DNA from: Fistulifera solaris
Lineage: Eukaryota
Direction of reading: 5' to 3'
DNA length: 64,000 nucleotides
Assembly: GCA_030295235.1 (NCBI GenBank)
Contig: AP026136.1
Coordinates: forward strand, 124,001-188,000
Shown here: piece after piece, positions 51,565-61,454 of the stretch
Layout: each line of letters starts with the position of its first letter
How positions within the stretch are numbered: position 1 is the stretch's first letter
Notes under the pieces: generated by a model
Told to the model about the DNA's origin: nothing
Database searches by the model: none
The model's input: the letters and a program-made list of their open reading frames with translations, nothing else
Position numbers and translations under genes: made by a program

Positions 51565-52249
51565 CTTTCCTACATTTTGTTACAATATGTTGACGATGTT
51601 TGTTGGTGGTTCTTTCGCCGATGGCGGACGCAGAAATGGAGCTTTGGTGCGAGTGTCACAGCCGGACCGTTGAAAGTCCAATGGCATTATTGGATTTCCG
51701 TTGGATCGATTGTTGACAAAATTACTTCCGCAGATCTAAAAACGGCACATTAATTGAAATTTTGTGTTCAGAAGAACTCTGTCTATTTACTCGTAAGGCT
51801 TGGCCAGCGTGCTTAGTGTTTTTGCTATACAAAACGTCAAGGCTACGAAACGATAGCGATATCGTATCAGGTATCGGTGTCACCTTTAAAGTGGACGAAC
51901 AAGACGTCGCACGTAGAACACGGTCGAACGTCGAAACCTAAGTTTTTGTGATTGGAACGATTGACCTCGCCCGAGCACGATGCTGGCACCAAGATCGCAA
52001 GTACCGGTACCTTTTATCCTATACAAAGCTCGCCATTACTGCCTCGTCGATTCCGAACCTCTCACGTCGTTTCCCTCGATCGTAGACTAACTGGAACAAA
52101 CAGTACAAGGAGGGAATCCTGCACAGCCGAAATAAATCTGCATCAAATATTGGGGTCGAAGCAGCGGATTATAATTCAATGAAAAGTCTTTGTCAACTAC
52201 ATCGTTATCTTTGCTTCTCTTGTTTTTTATCCTCTATAATACTACAGGA

Positions 52250-54213
52250 ATGACTTGTCAAGGATTCATTGTTCTTTGGGCCGCAGCAGCGATCTCAATG
52301 GCCTCCGCCAGTCTCGCTGTACCCAGCTTTCCTTTGGCTACGCTCCACGAGGATATCTCCTCCATTACGCAAGCGCTCCGTGAGAACGGTTTACTGGCAA
52401 TTGAAATGCCTTCGGAGTATGCTGCCACAAGGAACTACGCTTTAAGTGGCGTTTGTTCGTGCTGGAATTCTCTTTCGGAAGCTCGTAGTGTCCTCGGTGG
52501 TAATAGTATGAGCGGTCTCTTGCAACAAGGGGCGAGAACTACGGTAGCCACCGCCACAGTGGGCTCGACTCCGCTGCCATTGCCGACCGAAATCTCTCAA
52601 ATTTGTGGAGCAGATATGGCGGACGCACTGGATGTTTTGCGCGATCAAGTAGCTACAGCTTCTCAAGCGTTCATCTCCGCTTGGGATCAATCGATTCCCT
52701 TGTCTCGCACTCCGCTGCTCCGTACCAAACACGGAGTCGAGTATCATCGTATCCACGATATTGTCAAGGCCTCTACCAACTTGGAACACTTTCATTTGTA
52801 CTCCAAAACTATTGGTGACGAAGACGATCATGATTTGAACGTGCACACGGATGCGGGTCTCTTTTTGAGTTTCGTCCCCGCCTTGGATTGCACGAACGGT
52901 GGAGATTCGTCTTTTTGGGTGGAAGACCGTCACGGCACGCTGCAACCCGTCGAGTTTGCCGACAATGCGGTGATCATCATGATGGGTGCCGGCGCCGAAC
53001 ACTGGTTGCAGTCGCCTTCCCAAGTCCGCGCCACACGACATGCCGTTCGCATGCCCTTGGGGACGGTGCGCGCTTGGTACGGGATGAGTACGTAATACGA
53101 AATGGAGTGATTTCCAAAAGGCTTGTACAAATCATTGTCTTATATCATTGCCCTTCTTTTCATTCTTCTGCAGTGCACTTGGTTCCCACGACGGCCATTG
53201 TTCAAGAATTCCCTGAACCACGTACGTTGGCGGATTTGCAACAAGCTTTAGTCCACAAACGCTCCGATACGACATTGCAAATGCGTTATCAAGATGACGT
53301 GATATCGCTGGGTTGTGGCAATGTTCCCGTCCAAGAATCCATGGTCAGCAACGACGAACCGACGTCTCCGCGTCGCCGTTTGGCCATGGTCGACAATGCC
53401 AGTGTCTGTAACAACGTCACGAATTTCTACTGCTGGATGTCATGTTTGGACATTCCAGAAGTGGATCAAGCCCAACAGCACCTAGAAAAAGGGCATGGTC
53501 TCTATTGCGTCGACCCATCGGTAATGCATTCCACCAACAACGATGTGGCGCAAGCGGTAGAACCTTGTATAGGTGAAGATGGTCTATTTGGTAGTGCCAT
53601 GAATGAAGCCTGTGTCGGTAGTTGGCAACCCAAGGTAGATTATTTGGCTGCAGTCCCTATCAGTGTCGACGAAAACCCATTGTCACAAGAAGAAGCACCA
53701 TACTGTTACGGAGGGTCAGTCATGTTTCACGACGGATTCCAATGGAAGAGTACGACGTGTGCTATCTTGTTGTTTCCTCAATGGGTTCTCAGTACGCAAG
53801 GCCAATTCATTGCCGGCTGTTTCGGAACGGTGCTGCTAGGTGTGTTGGTAGAATTCATCTTGTTTCAACGCCGCAAAGTAATGAAACGCATTGATCAATC
53901 GTCGCGTGCCATGCGCTTGACCATATCAGCGATCATTTATGGCTTCCAACTGACCATCGGTTACATGGTTATGTTGGTGGTGATGATCTATTCGGCCCCT
54001 TTGTTTATGGCCGTGATTGGAGGGCTGGCGCTGGGTCATGTTCTGTTTAACGCGAAAGACGCTGTCTTTGCCACGTCTGCGCGAACGACTGCTACAAAAG
54101 CACAAGATACTCTCAGTGAAGATGGCACCGATAAGGCATCGCAATCGCGCTGTTGTAGTGAAGACACCGACCATGCGGAGGGTATTACACCATGCTGTCA
54201 ACACACCTTGTAA
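52250..54213 (+). CDS. Fusion of signal peptide, 2OG-Fe(II) dioxygenase-like domain, Cys-rich domain and Ctr copper transporter
   Basis: Intron 53088-53173 joins the two ORFs in frame (RAWYGM|MHLVP). HTD...H...R motifs, then three hydrophobic segments with MLVVM (MxxxM) and GLALG (GxxxG), and a CC/His-rich tail. Confidence 0.85.
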
Positions 54214-54326
54214 AGCGAAACGGGATAAAACGGTTAAAAGTAAAAACATGTATAAAACGAACTTTCAATAATCTGATGTAAAGGAAAAGTCTATTTACGA
54301 GTACCTTCCCACGGATAGGCAACATG

Positions 54327-54616
54327 TGCAATGCTCGGCTCGATTGTTTAATGTCGAAATGGCGTGCGAATCGTTCTGTCCCCATTTTACTATAGGACCA
54401 ATGTGTGGTTCGTTGTTCGAATCATGAATGTTTTAAGTCAATATGATACCAAATTACCGTTCATTTCCCAAACTTGATAGAAAAAAATTATTGTTTTTGC
54501 TAATCAATAATCTTCGACAGCGATTGCAATGCTCGCCTCGACTCTTTATGGCGAAATGGCTTGCGGATCAAATTGCCACTATTCTACTATAGGCCCAACG
54601 TGTTGGTCCTTTTTCG
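54327..54616. repeat. Two diverged direct repeats of about 90 bp, 198 bp apart
   Basis: Copies start at 54327 and 54525 and share tgcaatgctc, ctcga, cgaaatggc and tactatagg. Confidence 0.85.
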
Positions 54617-55223
54617 CCGCGACTGGCTTGTAAATCAGTCACGAGGTATTGTCGTGATGCGCGTTCGGCAATAAGCTCCTCTTGCGGCGAGTACCGTACC
54701 GGTATCTTTCTTCATCAAATAATAAATGCCGAGCCCATAGTATCGAATTACTAGTCCTGAATCGGTTGTAGGTGCATTTGCGTTGCACCCATCTATAATT
54801 TAGGACAAAAAATCTCCATTTTTCTGCGGATTCGTGATCGGATGGTTACTCGCTTCTTTTGATATCAAAGTTACAGCCTTTTGCGGTTTATTCTCTAGGT
54901 GTCCGTCATAATAGACGCCAAAAAATGACGAGACTGTGGTAAGGGGAAACGTTGTCATTGCAGCCTTGGAGTGACCGGGCAGGCTGACAGACTGCCCTTA
55001 GTTGCACTTAGTACTCCGGTACTTCGCACACAGGAGAGCGTCGTGACTCACTTTTTCGCTCTACGTTCACCTTCATTATCGACTCCATTGTTACCGGAGT
55101 AATTGTTTCATGATACTGAGTAATAGCTAAATGTATACAAGTACCTTCCATTAAAGAGCGAACCGATCTGTTGTACTCTTGGTAGCCCGTGATCAATCTG
55201 CTTTCGACGAAAGCGAGAAACAA

Positions 55224-57080
55224 ATGAAAAAGGACACCTGGAGGATCGTCACCTTTCTCGTGCTGATTGGGAGCAATATTTCAAATGGTTTCCTCTCTCC
55301 TTTCCGATCGAATAAAAATTTGGCACTTCGATCGCAGCAACAAGAATTGCAAGATATTGTTCAGCAGGTTGCGGTTCTAGAGGAATCCTTAAAGGAGGAT
55401 GACACAGCGAATCTGATGGAAATGGAAGAGCAAATCTCGTTACTCGAACAACAAATGCAATTATTAGAACAAATACCGATTTATTTAACAATTAACGAGT
55501 TCCAAGAAGCCTGTTGGACGATTCTTAACTTACCCGTTGAAGTGCGGGTAGCTCTGTGGTATGCCGTGGAGGAAAATAGCGACGATCTTTGGGAAACTGC
55601 CACTAATGTTCAGCAAATACCAACGCTCATCACTGGTTTGTACGAACAACAAAATCAAGCAGGATTTGTCAACCGATTACGGGAAGGTCTCACTTTCGCA
55701 CGGAAAGGCAATACGACAAAGAAAACTTTTAAGCCTACTACAACACCTACTACAATGAAGAAGACACGGCCGCCATTTTCTTTATTCAAGAACAACAGCG
55801 ATACCGAGAACAAGATCGAATTAACACCGGAGGAACAACGTACGGAAAGTATGATTCAACAACTCTTACCACGGGTCACGCGACAAACCGACGTTACATC
55901 ACAGGATTTGGCGGTCGTCATGGAAATTTTGCGTCGCAAAGAAATATTCCTTCCTACATCGACTCCGCCTCGTCGAATACCGGGAGGGTATTGTATTTCG
56001 GGAACATGGAAACCGAATCAAAGCGTCACACAACAATTGGAACGATTGGAGGAACAATTTCCGAAATCCTTCGATGCCCAGCTGTGTTGGTTGCCTGATT
56101 CGTTTTCGGACACGGACGATGATGAACCATTCGGTGTCACGAAAGATCCTGTTCTGTTGTTGACCAAACGTGATTTCACGCCCTCCACCAGGCCTTTGGT
56201 CAACGGACTCACATCCTTGTCGGCGTTTTGTACTTGCATTGTCTTTATTGTCGGCATATACGGTGGCAATGAATTGGTCACGACACGTCTGACACAACCC
56301 GATTTTAGTGGCATTGATTGGTTCAATGGCAAAATTTTGGATTTGTTGGGTCCACTTGCGCTGGTTTCCGGAATGCACTTGTTGTCACAAGCCATGGTGG
56401 CACAATTGGAACAAGTGAAATTGTCGTTTCCGGTAGTCTTGCCATTTTGGCCTTTGCCGTGGATGGGTACCCTCCGTCGTTGTACGAATTCTCCTTCCTC
56501 ACGAACGGCCTTGGCGAATGTCGCCTTGGCCGGTCCCGTTGCCGGATTGATGACATCGGCGGCATTGTTGTGGTTTGGTCTCCAATTGACCGCCTTGGCA
56601 CCTTCCGAACTCTCCGACTACTTTCCAACGTTACCCGTCCGTGTCTTGCAATTAAGTACAGCCGGGGGTTCCTTGATTGATTCTGTATTGGGTGGTGCTG
56701 CGGGATTTTATACAACACAAGAGTCATCCACGGCCATTCCATTGCATCCTTTGGCGGTAGCGGGTTACGTATCCTTGTTGATCCAAGCGGTGGATTTGTT
56801 GCCATTGGGGGCCACCAACGGTGGTCGATTGTCACTGGCGCTGTTGGGCCGACAAGGGCATTCGGTGATTGGTGGTCTCACGTGGCTGATCCTATTGCTG
56901 GCCTCTCTTTCCGATGCCCAAACGGATGTCTTGGTAGGCACTTGGATCGTCAATAATGTGGTCCAGAATGATCCCGAAGTTCCTTGTCGGAACGAAGTTG
57001 ATCCAGTGGGAATCCCACAAGCGGCTGCCGCATTGTTCTTATGGTTCGTCACGGCATTGATCTTGACGCCATTGCTCTAA
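55224..57080 (+). CDS. EGY/S2P (peptidase M50)-like plastid membrane protein lacking the catalytic motifs
   Basis: Leader SNG-FLS; motifs ALAGPVAG, LHPLAVAG, LLPLGATNGGR and PCRNEV. The HExxH position reads HLLSQ. Confidence 0.8.
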   Translation: MKKDTWRIVTFLVLIGSNISNGFLSPFRSNKNLALRSQQQELQDIVQQVAVLEESLKEDDTANLMEMEEQISLLEQQMQLLEQIPIYLTINEFQEACWTILNLPVEVRVALWYAVEENSDDLWETATNVQQIPTLITGLYEQQNQAGFVNRLREGLTFARKGNTTKKTFKPTTTPTTMKKTRPPFSLFKNNSDTENKIELTPEEQRTESMIQQLLPRVTRQTDVTSQDLAVVMEILRRKEIFLPTSTPPRRIPGGYCISGTWKPNQSVTQQLERLEEQFPKSFDAQLCWLPDSFSDTDDDEPFGVTKDPVLLLTKRDFTPSTRPLVNGLTSLSAFCTCIVFIVGIYGGNELVTTRLTQPDFSGIDWFNGKILDLLGPLALVSGMHLLSQAMVAQLEQVKLSFPVVLPFWPLPWMGTLRRCTNSPSSRTALANVALAGPVAGLMTSAALLWFGLQLTALAPSELSDYFPTLPVRVLQLSTAGGSLIDSVLGGAAGFYTTQESSTAIPLHPLAVAGYVSLLIQAVDLLPLGATNGGRLSLALLGRQGHSVIGGLTWLILLLASLSDAQTDVLVGTWIVNNVVQNDPEVPCRNEVDPVGIPQAAAALFLWFVTALILTPLL

Positions 57081-57531
57081 AAAAGAGAGATAGATGTAAA
57101 GTCATACAAAGGTAATCAGCTAGCTAGATTAATACCGCATGATGTCTTTCATTTTTGTAAACTATCAACCTCATTATTCTTTGAAATGCAACATTTTTAT
57201 TTGTGTCGGAAGGATTTCGGATCTACGACTACGGCTACGTAGTACTGGTACCGTGGTAGTTGTAATGATTTGTTTGATTTGTATGGTCGCGTCGCACCGC
57301 AATACCATGCGTTCGTCATTCGACCGTCTTTGGTGTCCGACGTCAGCCAAAAATGGCAGTCTTGAACGAACGTCAGTGTGATTCACGGATCGGCGGCTTC
57401 TTGAACAGATAGATACGGCTGCAACATGATGATGCGCGCCACATACCTTCTACTTCTACTGTTGCTGTGGATCGATCGATCGATTGATACGAAGTACAAG
57501 TAGATAATAACAACAACATCTCTTTCTCACC

Positions 57532-58460
57532 ATGGCTCCTTTGAAATCGCTTGTTGCTCTCTTATTCAGTTTGAGTGCTGCTTCGGCATTCACTCCGTCG
57601 AAAAATGTCATGCCCAAGGCGACGAGGTAAGGCCGAAGCACAGAGAGAATGAGGTTGTAGGCGCATCGTATCCAAAGCAAGAAATAAAAATGTATCCACG
57701 GTGTTGTATTGCAACAAGATCCTTGATTCCTTCACAAGTTTTCTAGAGTGAAACAACGACGACAGCCTTGTTTCTGTGGACAAAGTAGGGTCTTCGCATT
57801 TGCCCGAAAAGTACTTGATAGTAATTGGTTTCATTTGCTTGCAGTCTTCTTCTCGTGTCTCGTGTCTCTCTCACCAACACACTCCTTTTTTTACTTACAG
57901 CATGCAAGGCGCCAACCTCGGTGCCCCGGAAATTTTCGAAGACGCCACGGCCGATTGGGCCAAACAATTCCCCGCCTTTGCCAAGTACGGCTGGGGACCT
58001 TCGGTGCAAGCCGAAAAGTGGAACGGCCGACACGCCATGTTTGGATGGTTTTTCATTTGTGCCACCGCGTACTGCAAGGGCCACGGATTGATTCCGGATG
58101 CCGAATCCTTGGTCAGCTTCAAGGATTGGGGCACGTTGGCCACCATTTCGGGCAAAAATACCATCACCAATGAACGTGCCATTATCTTGGCCGCCAATGC
58201 CCACTTTTTCGGAGTCTCCTTGATGGCTACCTTTTGCCCTCCCTCGCAGGGGAGATACCTTGTTCACTGAACCCACCGTCAACCAGCCCACGGGATACGG
58301 ATACATGCCCAAGTTCAATATGGGCTTGACCCAAGAAGCCGAAATCCTCAATGGACGTTTGGCCATGCTCGGTTTGATGGCCTTGGTCGTGGCCACGGCA
58401 GTCGAACAGAAAGATATGCTAGACATTGTCAACGAATGGGTGGGTGGTGCTTACTATTAA
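57532..58460 (+). CDS. RedCAP: RedCAP, red-lineage chlorophyll a/b-binding-like protein
   Basis: Leader ASA-FTP; motifs WGPSVQAEKWNGRHAMFGW, ITNERAII and AEILNGRLAMLG. Intron 57627-57900. One extra G at 58249-58252. Confidence 0.92.
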
Positions 58461-58866
58461 GAATGATTCATTCTAATTCCCCTTTTTTTAAAAAGTAGTC
58501 TCTAGTGATTCGTTTGCCACATACGAAGTAGTAGTCTTTAGGTAGCGAGACAGACTAGAACTAAAGTCCCAAACGTTTTAGCATTGGAGCGTGATTTCTT
58601 GTTGGAGATAAACAGGTATTGCTATGAGCTCCAATCTCGTTCGTTTGATATCGTAGCTCAACTGAAACGGAACCGGGGAAAGTTCCTGAAAAGTAAAACG
58701 ATACTTTAGATTGCTACAATCAAATTATTGTTACCTTAAAGAGATTTATTATGATCTCGTTCGTGGCTAGAGTTCGGGGCTAGCCTGTTAGCTGGATTCT
58801 TTTTTTATTTCAATAGTATTACTTTTAGCTTTTTTTTGTCTCATTTCCTTTGCTCTTTCTCACTCT

Positions 58867-60472
58867 TTACGCCTGATCCTTACCATCCTCATCACTCGCC
58901 GTCGTGTTTTTATCATACCCATATTCTCGTCCTTTTGTTTTCTTGAGTTCTTCTTCATCGATTCCTTGATAGGCTTTTCCCGCATTGTACCCATGAAAGA
59001 CTTTGGCGGTAATTTCGACCATGGCATCTTCCGGTACCATTTCCGGCGGAATTTCGACCCGATTAACAATTTGAATGCCCGTCGAAACAATCGCATTGTA
59101 TTTCATGTCACTCATACTGATGAAATTATGAATTTTGGTGACGCCCAAGAAATGCAAAGGATCCGGCATGAGCGCTTGGAAGCGTGTATCTTGCACTCCG
59201 GCCACTTGTTCCGTACAACGAAAGTACCGGTCGGCACTGTCGCCCCCTTCTTGTCGTTTGCGTGTGTTGTACACCAAATACTTGGTGACTTCTCCCAACG
59301 ATCGTCCTTCTTTGCGATAATAAATGACAATCCCACAACCACCCCGTTGCGCCGTTTTGATGCATTCTTCAATGGCGTGTGTCAAATAGGGCCGACAGGT
59401 ACAAATATCACTCCCAAAGACATCGGAACCGTTGCATTCATCGTGGACCCGACACGTCAATTCAATGTCTTCATCGGGGATGGTCGCCGGATCGCCCCAA
59501 ATGTAAATCGTTAAACCACCGATGGGTGGTAAAAAGATTTTAATATCGGGACGCGTAATGAGTTCGGGGTACATGCCATTGGTCATGCGGAAAATGGAAT
59601 GTCGCAAATGTGTTTCGGTGGTTTGGAAGCGACGGGCAATTTCGGGTAAATACCAGACGGGTTCAATGGCGGCTTTCGCGACGACCGACTGTCCCGAGGG
59701 CAACAAGATCTTACCGTCGGGAATCAATCGTCCCGACGCGACACCTTCGCGACATTCGGGCAAATCAATGTGTGCTTTCGTGACGGCAATCGTCGGACGA
59801 ATATCCCACCCTTTCTCCAACCAATCTCCGTAGCATTGCGTCACAATATGCCCAAAGGGATCAATGGAACCTATTTTCTTGGGATCACTCCACGCCGGAT
59901 GAGGACCAATGGGAAAGACGGGACTTGTGAGTGACAAATCGGGGACGTAATTGGGATCGAGTTTGTTGGCCGCGACCGCCAAGCCGGTATAAATACAATA
60001 AGATCCTTGATGCGCCCCAATCGCGTTGCGTTGCGACGAATGTGTGACGGTACAAATGACGGGACCGCGGACACGAGGATCGGGATGTCCCCAACTGATG
60101 GGAACCGGATCAACACCAAACGCATCGGGATGCGACGTCAATTGAATGTGATCGGAATCGTGAAAGTCGGGAATGGGAATACCGTCTTGTTCTGTAGTAC
60201 GAATGAGGATGAGTTCAGTAAGAGAGAGAATGAATGAATGCAAGAAATGAATGAATGAATGAATGCAAGAATGAGAGCGCAAGACAAGAGGGAGATATCC
60301 AACATCTCTCTCTCTCTCTCTGTGTGTGTGTAAACGCACCATGATGCTCGGTACGAGCTTTTTTGCTCACACGGGGCGTCAATCCTCCCATATTCTCTTC
60401 CGTGTTATTGTTGAGATTGTCGGTTTCCCGTGTCGTCGTCGTCGTCGTCGTCGTTGCTATTTCGGGTTTCAT
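58867..60472 (-). CDS. URC1: URC1/Urg1-type GTP cyclohydrolase II homologue with N-terminal extension domain
   Basis: Motifs RGPVICT, RNAIGAHQGSY, DIRPTIAVTKAH, FLPPIGG, RVHDECNGSDVFGSDICTC and RKEGRSLGEVTKYLVYN. Intron 60192-60339. Confidence 0.88.
60229..60330. repeat. Intronic microsatellites (GAAT)n and (TC)n(TG)n
   Basis: aatgaatgaatg, atgaatgaatgaatgaatg and tctctctctctctctctgtgtgtgtg inside the URC1 intron. Confidence 0.9.
60433..60453. repeat. (GTC)n microsatellite encoding poly-Thr
   Basis: tcgtcgtcgtcgtcgtcgtcg in URC1 exon 1. Confidence 0.9.
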
Positions 60473-60528
60473 TGTTTCTTGGTAAATGTTGAAACTACGG
60501 AAAATGATTATTCGATCTTTGATTATGA

Positions 60529-60559
60529 CAACCAGCAACCAGCAACCAGCAACCAGCAA
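60529..60559. repeat. Heptamer tandem repeat (CAACCAG)4 upstream of URC1
   Basis: caaccagcaaccagcaaccagcaaccagcaa. Confidence 0.9.
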
Positions 60560-60977
60560 GGAAGCAAAAGACGAGAATGAAAAAGTGATGTCACTGGATA
60601 ATAAAGAGTTGAAATGCGAGAATCTTTCTTCATTCCGAAGGAAAGGAACCGAACAACAAACAACCTGTTCCGCTTATTATTCTTTGTGTTGGGTTGTCTA
60701 CAGTTTCGATCGCAGTCATTCAAGTACCGGTACCGCTCGATGACCGCTTGGCCTGGATGACGTACTTGCCAAGACTTGCCTCCGACCTCTCGGACTGGTA
60801 CCGGTACCAAGTAGGGAGTACAAAGTAGAAAAGCAACCGTGTCGACCGATTTTCATCGCGACATGACGACTTCGTTGCTCCGTCATATATATGAGTAAAG
60901 AAAAACACCAAACACAAAAAATAATAAGGTCCATTTGGCATGCGCTCCACATCGTTCCCTCTTTATTGATTGACAAA

Positions 60978-61001
60978 GACGACGACGACGACGACGACGA
61001 C
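60978..61001. repeat. (GAC)8 intergenic microsatellite
   Basis: gacgacgacgacgacgacgacgac. Confidence 0.9.
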
Positions 61002-61361
61002 TCATTCCATTGCAACATGTTTTATAATGTAGCTCAGGCGGCGATCATCGTTCCGAATTTTTGATGTAGTCCAATATGTTTAAGGTTACTTTTTGCCAAG
61101 ACTGCATGTTTGGTCATGACAAAACTACAGCGATGGGAAGGAACGAACGCCAACTAATGAAAATTCAATCCTTTGATCTTCGAATAAAAGAATTCGTGCA
61201 CTTTCTGTTGTATGGGACATAAGAAGCATTTTCATGTCTTGAGTAATCTATAGTTGGTGGAATGGCTTGCGGTAGCGGTATTTCCAATAGCTACGAAACG
61301 AAAGAAAAAACCCTCCATGAGTCTCGACTACGGATCAAACAAAAAGAAAAGATTTCCACTA

Positions 61362-61418
61362 CTACTTGTTAGTGCTGCCGTTGCTGCTAGTATCTGGCGA
61401 TGAGGACTCGACCGATGG

Positions 61419-61454
<36 letters not shown>

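Noticed and set aside
54327..54616. CRISPR-like or coding-repeat interpretation of the direct repeats
   Set aside because: There are only two long, diverged units in a eukaryotic context with no cas genes, and stops and an indel break the frames I tried.
57746..57784. Possible micro-exon (SETTTTALFLWT) inside the RedCAP intron
   Set aside because: It needs a weak GAG acceptor, and the single-intron model already gives a presequence of normal length.
58867..60472. Annotation as riboflavin-pathway RibA
   Set aside because: The long N-terminal domain and the RVHDECNGSDVFGS motif fit URC1/Urg1, and there is no RibB domain or plastid leader.
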